Positions 29,894-44,559 of a stretch of 64,000 nt of DNA are shown in pieces; the first letter of the stretch is position 1; each line of letters begins with the position of its first letter. This DNA comes from the human T2T-CHM13v2.0 reference genome, Homo sapiens: the NCBI RefSeq assembly GCF_009914755.1, contig NC_060928.1. One strand, given 5' to 3'. The position numbers and the translations under genes are program-made. The notes under the pieces were generated by a model. The model saw nothing but the letters and a program-made list of their open reading frames with translations. It was not told where the DNA came from and searched no databases.

Positions 29894-30844
29894 ATTTTTT
29901 ACAAACATTTAGACTCTATCAATCAAATATAATCATGCAAGAGCATGTTAACTGACAATATGTGCAAAAGCCAAGTGACTCTTGGTTATAATGCATTTTT
30001 AATGCTCCTGGAAATTTAAATTAACAAACCAAATATAAGCAAAGTAAAAATATGTTTGATCTATTTCTATTTTAAGCTGGATATATTTTAATAGTAAAGT
30101 GATAATCACAGGCAAACATAAAATGTTCCAAAAGAGTGATTGGATCACATTACACTGATCCATAAAACATTTTGTTTCAATGTACGTGATTTTATTTTCT
30201 CTTATACTAGTTAGTAGGATTATGCATTTTATTAGTCTTCCAGAGAAAAATGGTAACGTATAAAATTAGGTTATAGCAACAATGCTCTTCATTTTGTATG
30301 TTTGGTTCGTTTGTTGATTTGGGGAGAGTGTTGTCCTGAAATTAGTTAAAATTCAGTTTTTCTTAGGCCCTTGAGACATTCCCATATTTTAAATATGGAA
30401 TTTCACACAGCAACATGTTTTATCATACTTATAAACAACCTTTGGGCTTTAGTCCTTTGCTATAATTTTTTTTTCCTTTGATGTCTACAAGTGTTTATGA
30501 TTATTTTCTAATGTAAACATTTTGTTTGGTATCTCAGATAAGATTTTGAAATCTAGTAAAAAAAAAATTAAGAAAATATAATAAGAAAGAAAGAGATAAG
30601 AACAGGAATATGTTTACTTAGCTTAAAATCAAATGGAGAACAAATTTCATACAAATGCTTACATTCTCTATTAAATATAACCATACAAAGACAAGATTCT
30701 AGAAAGTATGAGCAAAAGCCAAATGCAACACACAGTAGAAACTATCCCATACTAACTCAGTGAATAGAGGTTTCAGATAAGGTCTTTTAAACTATGATAT
30801 AAGTTATATATGAAATTCTATAAAACTTTATATGTAAACTTATA

Positions 30845-31087
30845 TTTCTCATATATATGTCTTTTATATATATGTTTATATAGGGATAAACTTCATATGT
30901 GTGTGTATATATATAATATATACTTCATATATGTGTGTATATATAATATATATTGTATATACATAATATATATATATTATATATATTATATATATACATA
31001 ATATATATACATAATATATATACACATAATATATATAATATATGATATATCTATGAAGTTTATATATATAATATATATACACACATG

Positions 31088-31143
<56 letters not shown>
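30845..31143. repeat. Compound (TA)n/(CA)n microsatellite
   Basis: About 240 bp of imperfect TA repeats followed by about 60 bp of CA repeats. Confidence 0.97.
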
Positions 31144-31144
<1 letters not shown>

Positions 31145-31343
31145 TCCCTGAGTTTTGATGGTTGGACTTACAATTTTTCTGCTTACTATGGTGTGAAAGT
31201 GTATGTGTTCAGTAAAAACTGTACATCACTTACAATGCTGGGTAGCTGTAGCTCTCAGTCAGCCATGCAGTTTTGACTTACATTTTCAACATACAATGGG
31301 TATATCAGGATGTAACCCCATCATCAGTTAAGGAGCATGTGTA
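31141..31343 (-). mobile_element. Tigger5/MER47-type DNA transposon remnant
   Basis: ggatgtaaccccatcatcagttaaggagcatgtgta matches the reverse of the MER47 terminus. Confidence 0.7.
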
Positions 31344-31550
31344 TTTGGAGAAGAGAACTTCGATCTTACAACAGAGAATTTTGATCTTTCAACAGAGAAT
31401 TTTCATAAATAAGAATCCCGAAGAAATGGTAGATTAAAAAATTCAATAGGTAAAATGAATAACTCAGTAGAAGATATAAAAGTATCTTAAATGTAGTTGA
31501 AGGGCATATTAATGAACATAGAAAGATCAGATTAAAAATAGCCATAGTCA

Positions 31551-31869
<319 letters not shown>

Positions 31870-32364
31870 CTATGGTAGATTAACAGGTATGAAAGACAGA
31901 ATGAGAAAGAATAATATTTGAAGACATACATAATGAGTAAGAATATTTCAAAACTGAAGATAGGAATCTATATATGCAAGAAATACTAAACAATCCAAAC
32001 ATGAATAGTAAAAAATATAAAAATAAATACATATTTGATGAGTGTCAAGGGAAAAAGGCAAATCAAAGCTGAAAAACACCTAATAAAGTAACTCTTCTAA
32101 CAGCAAACAAAGGAAAAAGGGAGTGAAAGTTAAAATAACAATAAAAGGTACAGGATAACCTAAGAAATATTCAGATTGGCATGTGACGTCTCAATGGAAA
32201 CAAGTTCCAGAAAGAGATAGAATGATTTAGTCAAGAAACTGACAAATACCTGCCAATCTAGTACTGTATATTAAAAGAGAAATATTTTTAATCAAGAAAA
32301 AAGTATTGCACTTTCAGGCAAAAAATGTGAGACGCTAGAAAGCAAAGTGTTTCTGATGCAATGT

Positions 32365-32713
32365 TGTATTAGTCCCGTTTCATGCAGCTGATAAAGACAT
32401 ACCTGAGACTGAGCAAAAGAAAGAGGTTTAATTGGACTTACAGTTCCATGTGGCTAGGGAAGCGTGACAATCATGGTAGAAGGCAAGGAAAAGCAAGTCA
32501 TGTTTTACATGGATGGCAGCAAGCAAAGAGAAAGAATAAGAGCCAAGTGAAACAGGTTTCCCCTTATCAAATCATCAAATCTTGTGAGACTTATTCACTA
32601 CCATGAGAACTATATAGGGGAAACCACTCCCAGGATTGAATTATCCCCTACAGGGTCCCTCCCACAACTTGGGAATTCAAGATGAGATTTGGCGGGGACA
32701 CCAAAAAATATCA
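32365..32713 (-). mobile_element. Solo THE1 LTR (THE1C-like)
   Basis: tgtattagtc...ctgataaagacatacctgagactg...atatca; 5-bp TSD aatgt at 32360-32364 and 32714-32718. Confidence 0.92.
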
Positions 32714-32742
32714 AATGTCAATATGCAGAAAGAAATGAACTA

Positions 32743-33046
<304 letters not shown>

Positions 33047-33774
33047 AATAAACTGCTTCAAAGTGGTAAATTTGTGGTTATATATAACATAACATTGATG
33101 GTACAAATCAAAAATTAATGTTATGGAGGAATATTAAGTGAGTGGAAAGAACAGCATATAAATTGGTAGCAAATAAAAGTAAAGTGTTCTGTGGTTCTTA
33201 AATTGTCTGAGAAGAGAACAATGGTAACAAATGACAATAATCTTTGTTAAACGAGGGATGTACATTTTGGGGCATTGCCACTAGAAGAATGGAGTGTGCA
33301 TATAAGTATTGAAGTGTTAAGAGAAAGTGAAAGTATAAAAATATAAAACAAACCAGTTAAAAATATAAAACAATCCAGAGAAAAGTATGAAAGTACAGAA
33401 AACCAAATATAAAATAGGTGGAATGAAGAGAAGCCAAGGCAAACTTGAAGATTAAAAAAGCTGAAAGATTTACTGTAGCAAATTTCAAAAAGTTTTAGAG
33501 AGGCACAATAATTAGCATAGTGCAGTGATGGTAGAAATACAAAGATCTGTCACACAGATTAGAGGAATAGAGAGTAGAAGAAACAGACTCTAAACTACCC
33601 ATCTTTTACTAAAGCAAAAACATCATACAATTCAGTTGAAAAAGATGTATTTTTCAATAAATTGTTATTGCATAATTGAATATCTTAGGAAACAAAAGTG
33701 ACCTTTGGCCACCTATCTCTCATCATATGCAAAAAGTATAGTTTAAGCATAGAGTTACATGTAAAAATAAAGTA

Positions 33775-34071
33775 CAGTCATCTCTTAGTATTTGCAGGGG
33801 ACTGGTTCCAGGATACCAAATTCCTTGAATGCTGAGTCTTTTACATAAAATGGTGTGGTATTTGCAAAAAACCTAAACACATCCTCCTGTACAGTTTAAA
33901 TTATCTCTAGATTACTTACAATACACAATACAGTGTAATTGTTATTCAAATAGTTGTTACATAATTTTTTAAAAATTGTATGAATTTTATTGCTTTATTT
34001 TTTCTAATATTTTTGATCTGTGATTGACTGAACTCACAGAGGTGAAATGCACAGCTAAAAGGTGCTGACTG
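33775..34071 (+). mobile_element. MER2 (Tigger) DNA transposon
   Basis: ta|cagtca...ggggactggttccagga...tgactg terminal inverted repeats and internal MER2 text. Confidence 0.85.
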
Positions 34072-34609
34072 TGTGTATGTAAATAAGAGCATTTTCATGA
34101 CATTAGGGTAATCAAAGTTTTCTTAAACAGTACAAAAATAGTGCTGACCATAAAAATGAATTATACAGTAAAATTAAAATTAAGAATGACTTAATAAAAA
34201 AATTAAGAAAGAAGGCAAATTATTTATTGGGAGAAAATATTTGTAATATGTGTATCCAATAAAGAAATTATATCCATTGGCTAGAAAGAATTTATATTCA
34301 TTAATAAGAGGATGAGCAAAATACTTGAACATACCAAGGAAAATATGCAAATGGTCAAGAAGTATATGAAAAAGTTCTCAACACAATTAAATACTGGGGG
34401 AACGTTAATCAAAACTACAATGAATACCACTACACATTGATCAGTACAAAAACATTTAAAGAAATGAAATAATATTAAGTAAGGAAATGGAACAACTGCA
34501 AAATATGTATATTGGTAGTGGAAGGGTGAATGTTAGATACAATTTGAAAAATGTTTGGCAGATATCTACTAACATAATCCTTTTAAACACTGGAACCTGG
34601 CTATGTACC

Positions 34610-36892
34610 TAATATGGTTTGGCTGTGTCCCAACCCAAATCTCATCCTGAATTGTAACTCCCATGATTCCCAATTGTCATTGGAGGAACCTGGTGCCAGG
34701 TGATTGATTTATGGGGGCGGGTCTTTTGTGCACTATTCTAGTTATAGTGAATGAGTCCCATGAGATCTGATGGTTTGAAAAATGGCAGTTTCCTTGCACA
34801 AGCTCTCTCTCTTCCTGCTGCCATCCATGTAAGACATGACTTGCTCTGCCTTCTGCCATGATTGTGAGGCCTCTCCAGCCATGTGGAACTGTAAATCCAT
34901 TAAACCTCTTTCTTTTGTAAATTTCCCAGTCTTGGGTATGTCTTTATCAGCAGAGTGAAAATGGACTAATAAAGTAAATTGGTACCAGTAGAGTGAGGTG
35001 CTGTTGAAAAGATACCTGAAAATGTGGAAACGACTTTGGAACTGGGTAACAGGCAGAGGTTGAAACAGTTTGGAGGACTCAGATAAAGAGAGGAAAATGT
35101 AGGAAAGTTTGGAACTCCCTAGGGAATTGTTGAATGGCTTTGACCGAAAGGATGATAATGATATGGACAATGAAATCCAGGCTGAGGTGGTCTCAGATGG
35201 AGATGAGGAACTTACTGGAAACTGGAGCAAAGGTGACTCTTGTTATGTTTTAGCAAAGAGACTGGCAGCGTTGTGCCCCTGACCTAGAGATTTGTGGAAC
35301 TTTGAACTTAAGAGAGATGATTTAGGGAAATTTCTAAGCAGCAAAGCATTCAAGATGTGACTTGGGTGCTGTTAAAGGCATTCAGTTTTAAAAGGGAAAC
35401 AGAGAATAAAAGTTCAGGAAATTTTTAGCTGACAATGCAATAGAAAAGAAAATTCTGTTTTCTGAGGAGAAATTCAAGCTGGCTGCAGATAACTGCATAA
35501 GTAACAAGGAGCCAAATGCAATCACTAAGACAATGGAGAAAATGTCTCCAGGGCATGTCAGAGACCTTTGCTGCAGCCTCTCCCATCACAGGCCCAGAAA
35601 CCTAGGAAGAAAAAAAATGGTTTCGTGAGCTGGGCCCAGGGTCCCTCTGCTGTGTCTACAGACTTGTTGCCCTGCATCCCAGACACTCCAGCCATGACTA
35701 AAAGGGGCCAAGGTACAGCTTGGGCTGTGGCTTCAGAGGGTGCAAGCCCCAAGCCTTGGAAGTTCCCATCTGGTGTTGAGTCTGTGGGTACACAGAAGCC
35801 AAGAGTTGAGGTTTGGCAACCTCTGCCTAGATTTCAGAAGATGTGTGGATATTCCTGGATGACCTGGCAGAAGTTTGCTGCAGGTCCGGGGCCCTAATGG
35901 AGAACCTCTGCCAGGGCAGTGCAGAATTGAAATGTGGAGTTGGAGCCCCCAGACAGAGTCTCTACTGGGGTACTGCCTAGTGGAGCTGTGAGAAGACGGC
36001 CACAATCCTCTAGAACCCAGAATCGTAGATAACTGACAGCTTGCAACATGCACCTAGAAAATCTGCAGACACTCAATGCCAACCCATGAAGGCAGCCAGG
36101 AGGGAGGCTGTACCCTGCAAAGCCACAGGGGTGGAGCTGCCCAAGACCATGGGAACCCACCCCTTGCATCAGTGTGACCTGGATGTGAGACATGGAGTAA
36201 AAAGGATCATTTTAGAGCTTTAAGATTTGACTGCCCCGCTGGATTTGGACTTGCTTGGGGTCTGTAGCCCCTTTGTTTTGCCCAATTTATCTCCTTTGGA
36301 ATGGCTGTATTTATTCAATGCCTGTACCCCAATTGTATCTAGAAAGTAACTAACTCACTTTTGATTTTACAGGCTCATAGATAGAAAGGACTTGCCTTGT
36401 CTCAGTTGAGACTTTGGACTGTGGACTTTTGGGTTAATGCTAAAATGAGTTAAGACTTTGGGAGACTGTTGGGAGGGCGTGATTGGTTTTAAAATGTGAA
36501 GACATGAGATTTGGAAGGGGCCAGGGGCAGAATAATGTGGTTTGGCTGTGTCCCCACCCAAATCTCATCTTGAATTATAACTCCTAGAATTCTCACGTAT
36601 CATGGGAGGAATGTGATGGGAGGTGATTGAATTATAGGGACAGTTTTTACTGTGTTGTTCTCATGATAGTGAATGAATCTCACAAGATCTGATGATTTTA
36701 AAAATGGGAGTTTCCCTGCACAAGCTCTCTCTCTGCCTGCTGCCATCTATATAAGACATGACTTGCTCCTCCTTGCCTTCTGCTACGATTGTGAGGCCTC
36801 ATCACCCATATGGAACATAAAGAGGTCCATTAAAACTCTTTCTTTTGTAAATTGCCCAGTCTCAGGTATGTCTTTATCAGCAGCATGAAAAC
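34610..36892 (+). mobile_element. Near full-length THE1B MaLR element (LTR-int-LTR)
   Basis: 5' LTR 34610-34973; internal region starts gtaaattggtacc and ends ggggccaggggcagaa (34974-36532); 3' LTR 36533-about 36892 lacks its last bases. Confidence 0.95.
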
Positions 36893-37157
36893 TATGCAAC
36901 AATAAAAAGTGCAACTACACAAGGACATGAGTAATCTTATTGACATAAAGTTGAGTAAACTGAAGAGAGAGACAAAAAGGTACCTGCTGCATGAGTTCAT
37001 TACATTAACTTCTAAACCATACAATATAAATCTCTGTTGCTAGATATCAAAAGATATTTGACTGAGAAGGGGTAGGAATGAACTTCTTAAGACATTTAAA
37101 AATTATATATTTCAATCTATGTGGAAGTACAAGTTTTTATACATAATTTTAAAAATT

Positions 37158-37426
37158 GGCCAGGAATTGTGGCTCACACCTATAATCCCAACATTTTGGG
37201 AGGCATAGGCAGGAGGACTGCTAGTTCCCAGAAATCCAAGACCAGCCTGGGCTACATTGTGAGATTCCATTGTGAACTGGGTGGGGTGCCTGTGTTACCA
37301 GCTACTCAGGAGGCTGAGGTGGGAGGATCACTTGAACCTGGGAGGTCAAGGATGCCACAAGTTGTGATCATGCCACTTCACTCCAGCCTGTGTGAAAGAC
37401 CTTGTCTCAAAAAAAAAAAAAAAAAA
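37158..37426 (+). mobile_element. AluJ with deleted central linker
   Basis: gaggactgct/ggaggatcacttga J features; middle A-rich region missing. Confidence 0.9.
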
Positions 37427-38879
37427 TCAACCTATACTGTAAGGTTAAATTTGTATATTTTATTATATGAAGATCTACTTTAATAATGCTATAAGATAAA
37501 AGGGGATATTATAAACAATACATTGCAAACCTTTATGAAATATTTAAACTTTCTTTTTTTAGATGAGAACAATATATGGTCTTCTATCAACATTTCTATT
37601 TAACATTGAATAGTTGGATTGGGTTGCCATGAACATTTCTATTTAACATTGAATTTGATTTTATGACTTAGTGCAGTGAGTCATAAATAAAAATAATAAT
37701 AGGCATAATACCTGGATAAGAAGGAATACACAGTTATTTTTTTACAGAAGAAAATTCATTAAAGTGAATTTGAGTTTCAATGTAATCACAAGGAAAGAAA
37801 TGACAATAACATTATTTATGAAAATTGATAAACTAAAGTTACATTAAAATAGGAAAGAATAGCAAAGACTATCATGTAGTGAAGAAAATGAGAATGAAGG
37901 ATTCCTCTACTAGATTTTAAAACTTATTATAAAACTATAAAAAATAAGGTAGAATGTAATTGGAGCTGGAAGAAAAAGAAATAACCACTGGCGGAAAACA
38001 AACACCCTAGAAAATCACCCAGATAGATAAACTTCTTGAATGATAAAAAGGTTACACTGTAGAAAAGTGAAGACATAATGCTCCTTTCAATAATTTATAA
38101 TGGATCATTTATGCACTTATTTGATACCTCCACCTCATGCCATAAGCAAGCAAAAAGTTAAGCATATATTTTACCAGCACAATGAATAAAACTGAGTATA
38201 CAGATGTATATTACCTTGTAACAAAGAAACACGTGCAACATTTACAGAAATTGAATAAATATTACTTCTAGTTAAAATCTTTAGAAACCAAACAATTAAG
38301 ATGACATAGATGATCTTAATCAAAATGCAAATAGTAATTTAACATTAAAATATATGTATAATTAATATAAAATGTGTATATTTAAAATGTTTAGAATAAA
38401 TATTATTTATTAAAATAACAGTAGTATATATTAAAATAGCAGAAACAATTATAGTTAAAATAAAAAATATGTTAATATATTTATCATAACAATTAAATAT
38501 ACATCACCATCTTTTATTTTTAGTTGTATTTTTGTGATGTAATATTGTTCAGGAATACTGAGAGATAGAACCTGAAAATTTCTATGCAACATAATTATGG
38601 TATTTGTTTTTGTTTTTGTTTTTTTACTTAGAAACAGAAATTAAAATTGGAAAATAGGTTCCTATTGATTACATTGTAATTTGGGTGACAAGAACTTTCT
38701 GGTTGGGAAAATACCTTATGTTTATCCAAGCAATTTTATCACTGTTGGATGCAAAAGAATCATGAGAGGAAAGTCAATTCCTTGATAATGTCAAACTAGA
38801 TTTTACTTATTTTATTATCCACTGTAAGTAAAAATTGTGGATTTTACAGCTCTTCAAGTCACCTTTATTTTCAGTACAT

Positions 38880-41700
38880 TTTAAAAAATTAATAAACTTT
38901 ATTTTTAGAGCAGTTTCAAGTTTATAGACAAATTAAATAAAAAGTATCAAAGGGTTGTTGCGTACTAGCACTCCCCTCACCTTCACTCAGTTTCCCTTAT
39001 TATTTACATATGCTGTTGGTGTGATATATTTTGCTAAATTCTGTAGTTCATATTACAATTCACTCTTTGTGTTGAACAATTCTAAGGGTTTTGTCAAATG
39101 CATAATGTTGTATATCCATTGCAGTATAATACAAAACGTTTCACAGTCCTAAAAATCCATTGTCCTATACCTATTAATTCTTCTCTTCCTCCCCCAACCC
39201 CTGACAACCACTGTTTTTTTTTTACTATTTTTATAGTTTTGCCTTTTCCCGAATGTCACATAATTGGAATCATATGGAATGTAGCCTTTTCAGACAAGCA
39301 TTTAAGATTCTTTTCATATCTTTTCTGTGGCTTAATAGCTCATTATTTTTTTAGCACTGAATAATATTACATTGCATGGATGTACCAGTTTTTATTTATC
39401 CCTTCACATATTGAAAGATATTTTGTTTGCTTTCCATTTTGGGCAATTATCGATAAAGTTTTGTAAACATTAATCAGCAGGTTTTTGTGTGGACATAAGT
39501 TTTCAACCCATTTGGGTAAATACCCAAAATAGTGATTGCTGTATCATATGGTTACCATATGTTTAGCTGTGTAAGAAACTGCCAAATTATCTTCTAAAGT
39601 GGCTGTATCATTTTGCATTTCTACCAGAAGTGAATGAGTGTTCCTAATGCTCTGCAAATTCACCAGCAATTGGTATTTTTTTCCTCTTACAATTGTACCT
39701 ATTCTGATAGGTATATAGTGTTATTCTATTGTTTTAATTTGCAATTCCCTAACCATAAATGATGTTGAACATCTAATGATTTGTTTATTTTCAGCTGTAT
39801 ATCTTCTTGGGTAATATGCTTATTCACAGCTTAGGTCCATTTTTTACTTGGGTTTTCAAAAACTTATTTATTTGCGTATATTCTTTGTATATTTTGAATA
39901 CAAGCCCTCTATCAGACATGTTCCAATTTTTGTCATTGTTCCAAGATTCTCGATGTTCCATTTCATATTTTCCATTTTTTTCTTTTTGCTTTTCAATCTT
40001 GAGATTTCTATTGATATATTTTCAAACCTACTGATGCTTTCCTTGGCCTTGTCCTCCACTGAGGGACCTATTAAAGGCATTCTTTATTTCTGTTACAGTG
40101 TTTTTGATCTTATAGAATTTCCTTTTGTTTCTTAATGTTTACATCTTTTGACTTACATTATCCATATGTTCTTGCTTGGTTTCCACTTTTTTCTTAGAGC
40201 CCTTAACATATTAATCATAAATTTTTAAATTCCCATTCTAAAAATTCTAAAAACTCTGCCATATCTGAGTCTGGTTGTGATGCTTACTTTGTTTTTTCAG
40301 ACTGTGTTTTTGGTCTTTCAGCATGAGCATATTTAGATCTGTATTGTGAGATTTTATGTTTGTTTGGCCAGGAGTTAGCCAGCATTTAATATGTGCTTTA
40401 CCTGTGGATGTCAGAGGCTAAAAATTTCCCTTATGCCCTTTTATTTGTCTTTGTTGTTTTCTTTGTAATTTCCTTGAGATTCCTTAAATAGGGCCTTCAG
40501 CTTGTAGTTTTTTACTTGTAATCTCCAGTTATTATAGAGGACCCCTATTGGTATAGTGATAAGATGTTAGGAGAAAGGAGTGTTCTAGACAGTTCTATGA
40601 TTAGGTCACAGTCTTCAATGAAACTGAACTGGGTATTTCTCTTTCTCTTCACCAAAAGCTAAAGGGGATAGGAATTGTATTTTTCTCCTTGTCAAAGTTG
40701 GCTGGGCTCTTGTAAGACCATTTTCTTTGAGGACAGTCTTTGTTAAAGAGAACTGAAAACATAATGCTATTTCAAAATGGCTACTCCCGCTGTCCGCCTG
40801 GCCTCCTTCTGCTAGAAGAAAATTATTTTCTCCAGTCTTCACAGTGAGATCCTGGTAAGCCTCTTGGTGGCAAATCACAAATGTGTGGGACCCTCCTGAG
40901 ACTGGGCTTCCTCTAAGTTTTTAAGTTACAAACCTATTGTACACTAAACCTCCAGTAATTTATCCATGGCAATTTAAAGTGTTCTTTCTGATACTGGCTC
41001 TACCTGCAGGCTCCTGCACTTCTCCTTCTTGTAAGCTTTGATCTGTGTAAGTGCCTGTCTGTCTCCTCATTTTTCATGACAGCACTGTGAACCCCCAAAA
41101 TCTGAGAGAAGTCTCAGTGAACTTAGGAAGTTTATTTTGCCAAGTTTAAGAATGCGCACCCATGACACAGCCTCAGGAGGTCCAAATGACATGTGCCCAA
41201 GGTGGTGAGAGCACAGCTTGGTTTTATACATTTTAGGGAGATATGAGACATTAATCAACATATGTAAGGTGAACACTGGTTTGGTCTGGAAAGGTGGGAC
41301 AACAAGAAACAAAGGAGAGACAACTCAAAGAGGGGAGGGGGCTCCCAGGTAATAGGTAGATAAAAAACAAATGGTTGCGTTCTTTAAAGTTTCTAATTAG
41401 CCTCTCCAAAAGAGGCGATTAGAGAGGCATTTATCTCAGTAAGCAGAGGGATGACTTTGAATAGAATAGGACTCAGTTTTGACCTAAGCAGTTCTCAGCT
41501 TGGCTTTTCCCCTTAGCTTAGTGATTTGGGGTTCCTAAGATTTATTTTCCTCTCACAGTACTTTGGCTTGTGACCTCAATTCTCTGATGGATCTAAGAAG
41601 AGTTGTGATTTTCAGCTTGTTCAGCCTCTTTTTCCTGTTGAGAGGATGGGAGTGATGAACTGCAAACTCTTTAAATGTCAGATTGAAGTTAGAGAGCTTT
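38880..41700 (-). mobile_element. Old L1M segments, antisense
   Basis: T-rich L1 3'/ORF2 antisense text (aagaaactgccaaatt, gttttaatttgcaattccct) followed by ORF1/5'-like text. Confidence 0.75.
41086..41557 (-). mobile_element. Solo MER4A-type ERV1 LTR
   Basis: tgtgaaccc...gacacagcctcaggaggtcc...tttattttcctctcaca; TSD gcac/gtac. Confidence 0.9.
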
Positions 41701-42280
41701 CTAGATAGAACTAATACCTTTTTTTTTCCTGCAGATTCTTCATTTACAATGATAATTTCAGGTCACTTTTTGTCTTCTTGTTTACATAGTGACTGGAGCT
41801 TTGGAATAATTGTTTCTTATTGTATTATTTGCTAAATATGATAATTCTATTTGGAATTACCTCAGACCTAGTATGCATTAGCTCAGTGAACACTGCTTTA
41901 TGGAATCAGAAAAGTTTCAATCTAGAGAAAATATTGTGCAAAATTATGTGTATGTCTTTGTGTGTGTATGCAGGCTTGTCTATTTTTAATAACACAATTA
42001 TAAAGTAACAATTTAGAAAAAAATTAGTGTATGATAAGACATTTTACAAAGAAATGTATATGTATGTTTTCTGACATATGAATAAAATTTCCTGGATATA
42101 TTCAAAAAAATAACAACTGATTTCCTCCAAATTTTCATTTAGATTACTAATACATAGTAATAAATTATTTAGTTCTCCTGTTATGGGTTTCTTGTGATTG
42201 TGAACCCTTTATTTGTTGAAATCACATATCTTCCTAGAACACATTTTCAATTAAAAAATAATCTTTAAAATACATATATG

Positions 42281-42623
<343 letters not shown>

Positions 42624-43289
42624 AAAATACATATATGAAAATTTGAGTTTTAGAAGAATTTTTTTTTAAGTAAAAATTAGGAAAGAATGAAAATGGAACA
42701 CCATTTAGGTTTGGAAACAAAGTGGAAAACAAACCTAACATAATCCTGAGACAGAGGAAATTGAGACATTATTTTTATAAAACAAAAACAGTGAGATGAA
42801 CTGTGTGTTAAAAGAGGAAAAATGGTGGTGGTTAGAGGTACAGAACAAGTCTTGTTGGTGTCCGGCAGGTGAAGGAAAAGTTTTCTGGAGTTAATGATGT
42901 TTGGGTTTAAGGTTAATTTCATTGAAAAGAAGAGTAATAGCAGTCTCACAAAGTCTCTGAGGCTGAGAGAGTGAAACAACTGAGTTCCTAGGAACCAACC
43001 TCACAAATGCCCTGGAATCTCAGACCCAAGGAGGTGAGAGGATAGAGAGGCGTAGAGCATCTTTGTGTTTTTCAGCACTGTCCCTGAAGCCTTCCTTCAT
43101 AAGAAGAAAAACAAAAAGAAAAGCAACAACCACCGGGCTGCAGCTCTCCCAAATGTATCTGCCTGCCTGCTGTCATGGCTTGATAGCAGGAAGTGGCTCC
43201 AGCTCCTGCACCCTCAATGCAAAACAACTCCAGAGACTCCCCTACCCATATTCTCAGTCAGAATTGTAGAAGAATACTTTATGATCCTG

Positions 43290-44530
43290 GAGGAAGCAAA
43301 GTTGAATTTTATCAGAATTAAAACATCTACTTTTTGAGAGACACAATTAAGAAAATGTATGGGCAAGACTGGCGCCGTGGATCACACCTGTAATCCCAGC
43401 ACTTTGGGAGGCTGAGACAGGAGGATCACCTGAGGTCAGGAGTTTGAGACCGACCGGGCCAACATGGCAAAACCCCATCTCTACTAAAAATACAAAAATT
43501 AGCTGGGTGTGGTGGTGGGGGGGCGCTTGTAATCCCAGCTACTGAGGAGGTTGGTGCATGAGAATCGCTTGAACCCAGGAGGCAAAGTTTGCAGTGAGCC
43601 AAGATCATGCGACTGCACTCCAGCTTGGGCAACAGAGCAAGACTCTGTCTCAAAAAAAAAAAAAAAGAAAGAAAAAAAAAATGTATAGGCAAGCCAGAAA
43701 CTGGGAGAAATGTTTACAATACATATAGTTGAATCAAAGAATATGCATTACACACAAAAGAAAGCTGTAATGATAAAAAAAAACAAATTGGAGAATTAAT
43801 TAAAAAAATACCTGAAGAGATGCTTCACAAAGGAAGACAAGACAGACAAAGACAAATAGGCACAAGGGAAAAAAAATAATCAGGGAAATGCAATTAAAAT
43901 TCACAATGTGATACCATCCGAGGGGTGACGAGAATATGGAACAACCAAAAGTGTTCTACAACGAGGGGAGGTGTGTAAACCAGGCAGTACTCTAGAAAAC
44001 AATATGGCAGTATCTTATAAAGTTAAAAACACATCTACTTTATAACTGAGCCTTTCTATTCCTAAGTGTTTATCCAGGAGGAATGAAATCATATGATGGT
44101 ATGAAGTCTTTTTGCAAGAATGTTCTGAAAATATTCATCTATAGTTGGCCCAAAATCAGAAGAAAATCCAAATGTCCATCATCAGGTATAGATAAACAAA
44201 AATAAAAAGGTCATATTACTCATTCATGCAATAATATTTATGAATCTCAAGGCATTAAGCTGAGCAAAAGAAGTTACAGGAGAAGAGTACATACTTTATG
44301 TTTCTTTTTATATACACTTCTGACACTGGCAAAACTATTACATGGTAAAAAGAAAGTGAAATAGAAGTTGCTTTTAGGAGTTTGGTGAGTGGGAGGTTAT
44401 TGACTGGGAACTAAGACGAAAGGGAGCTATGTCTATATTTTAATAAAGGTGCTTTATATGTATGTATTCATTTGTCACAACCTATATTATATCTGTTCAT
44501 TTCAAAGTAGGTAAAATGAAATTTAGAAAA
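43290..44530 (+). mobile_element. L1MC/ME-type 3' fragment
   Basis: agggaaatgcaattaaaa...caaatgtccatcatcagg...ctgagcaaaagaag. Confidence 0.8.
43367..43680 (+). mobile_element. Alu (AluSx-like) inside an L1M
   Basis: Full dimer; TSD aaaatgtat(g/a)ggcaa. Confidence 0.96.
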
Positions 44531-44559
44531 AGAAAAGCATTGGAAGATATTATTTCAAT

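Noticed and set aside
30810-31276. Low-complexity ORFs (CVCV, HTHT, YIYI)
   Set aside because: Translations of the microsatellite.
34677-36888. ORFs of 100-160 aa
   Set aside because: THE1B LTR and internal sequence, mostly antisense or broken frames.
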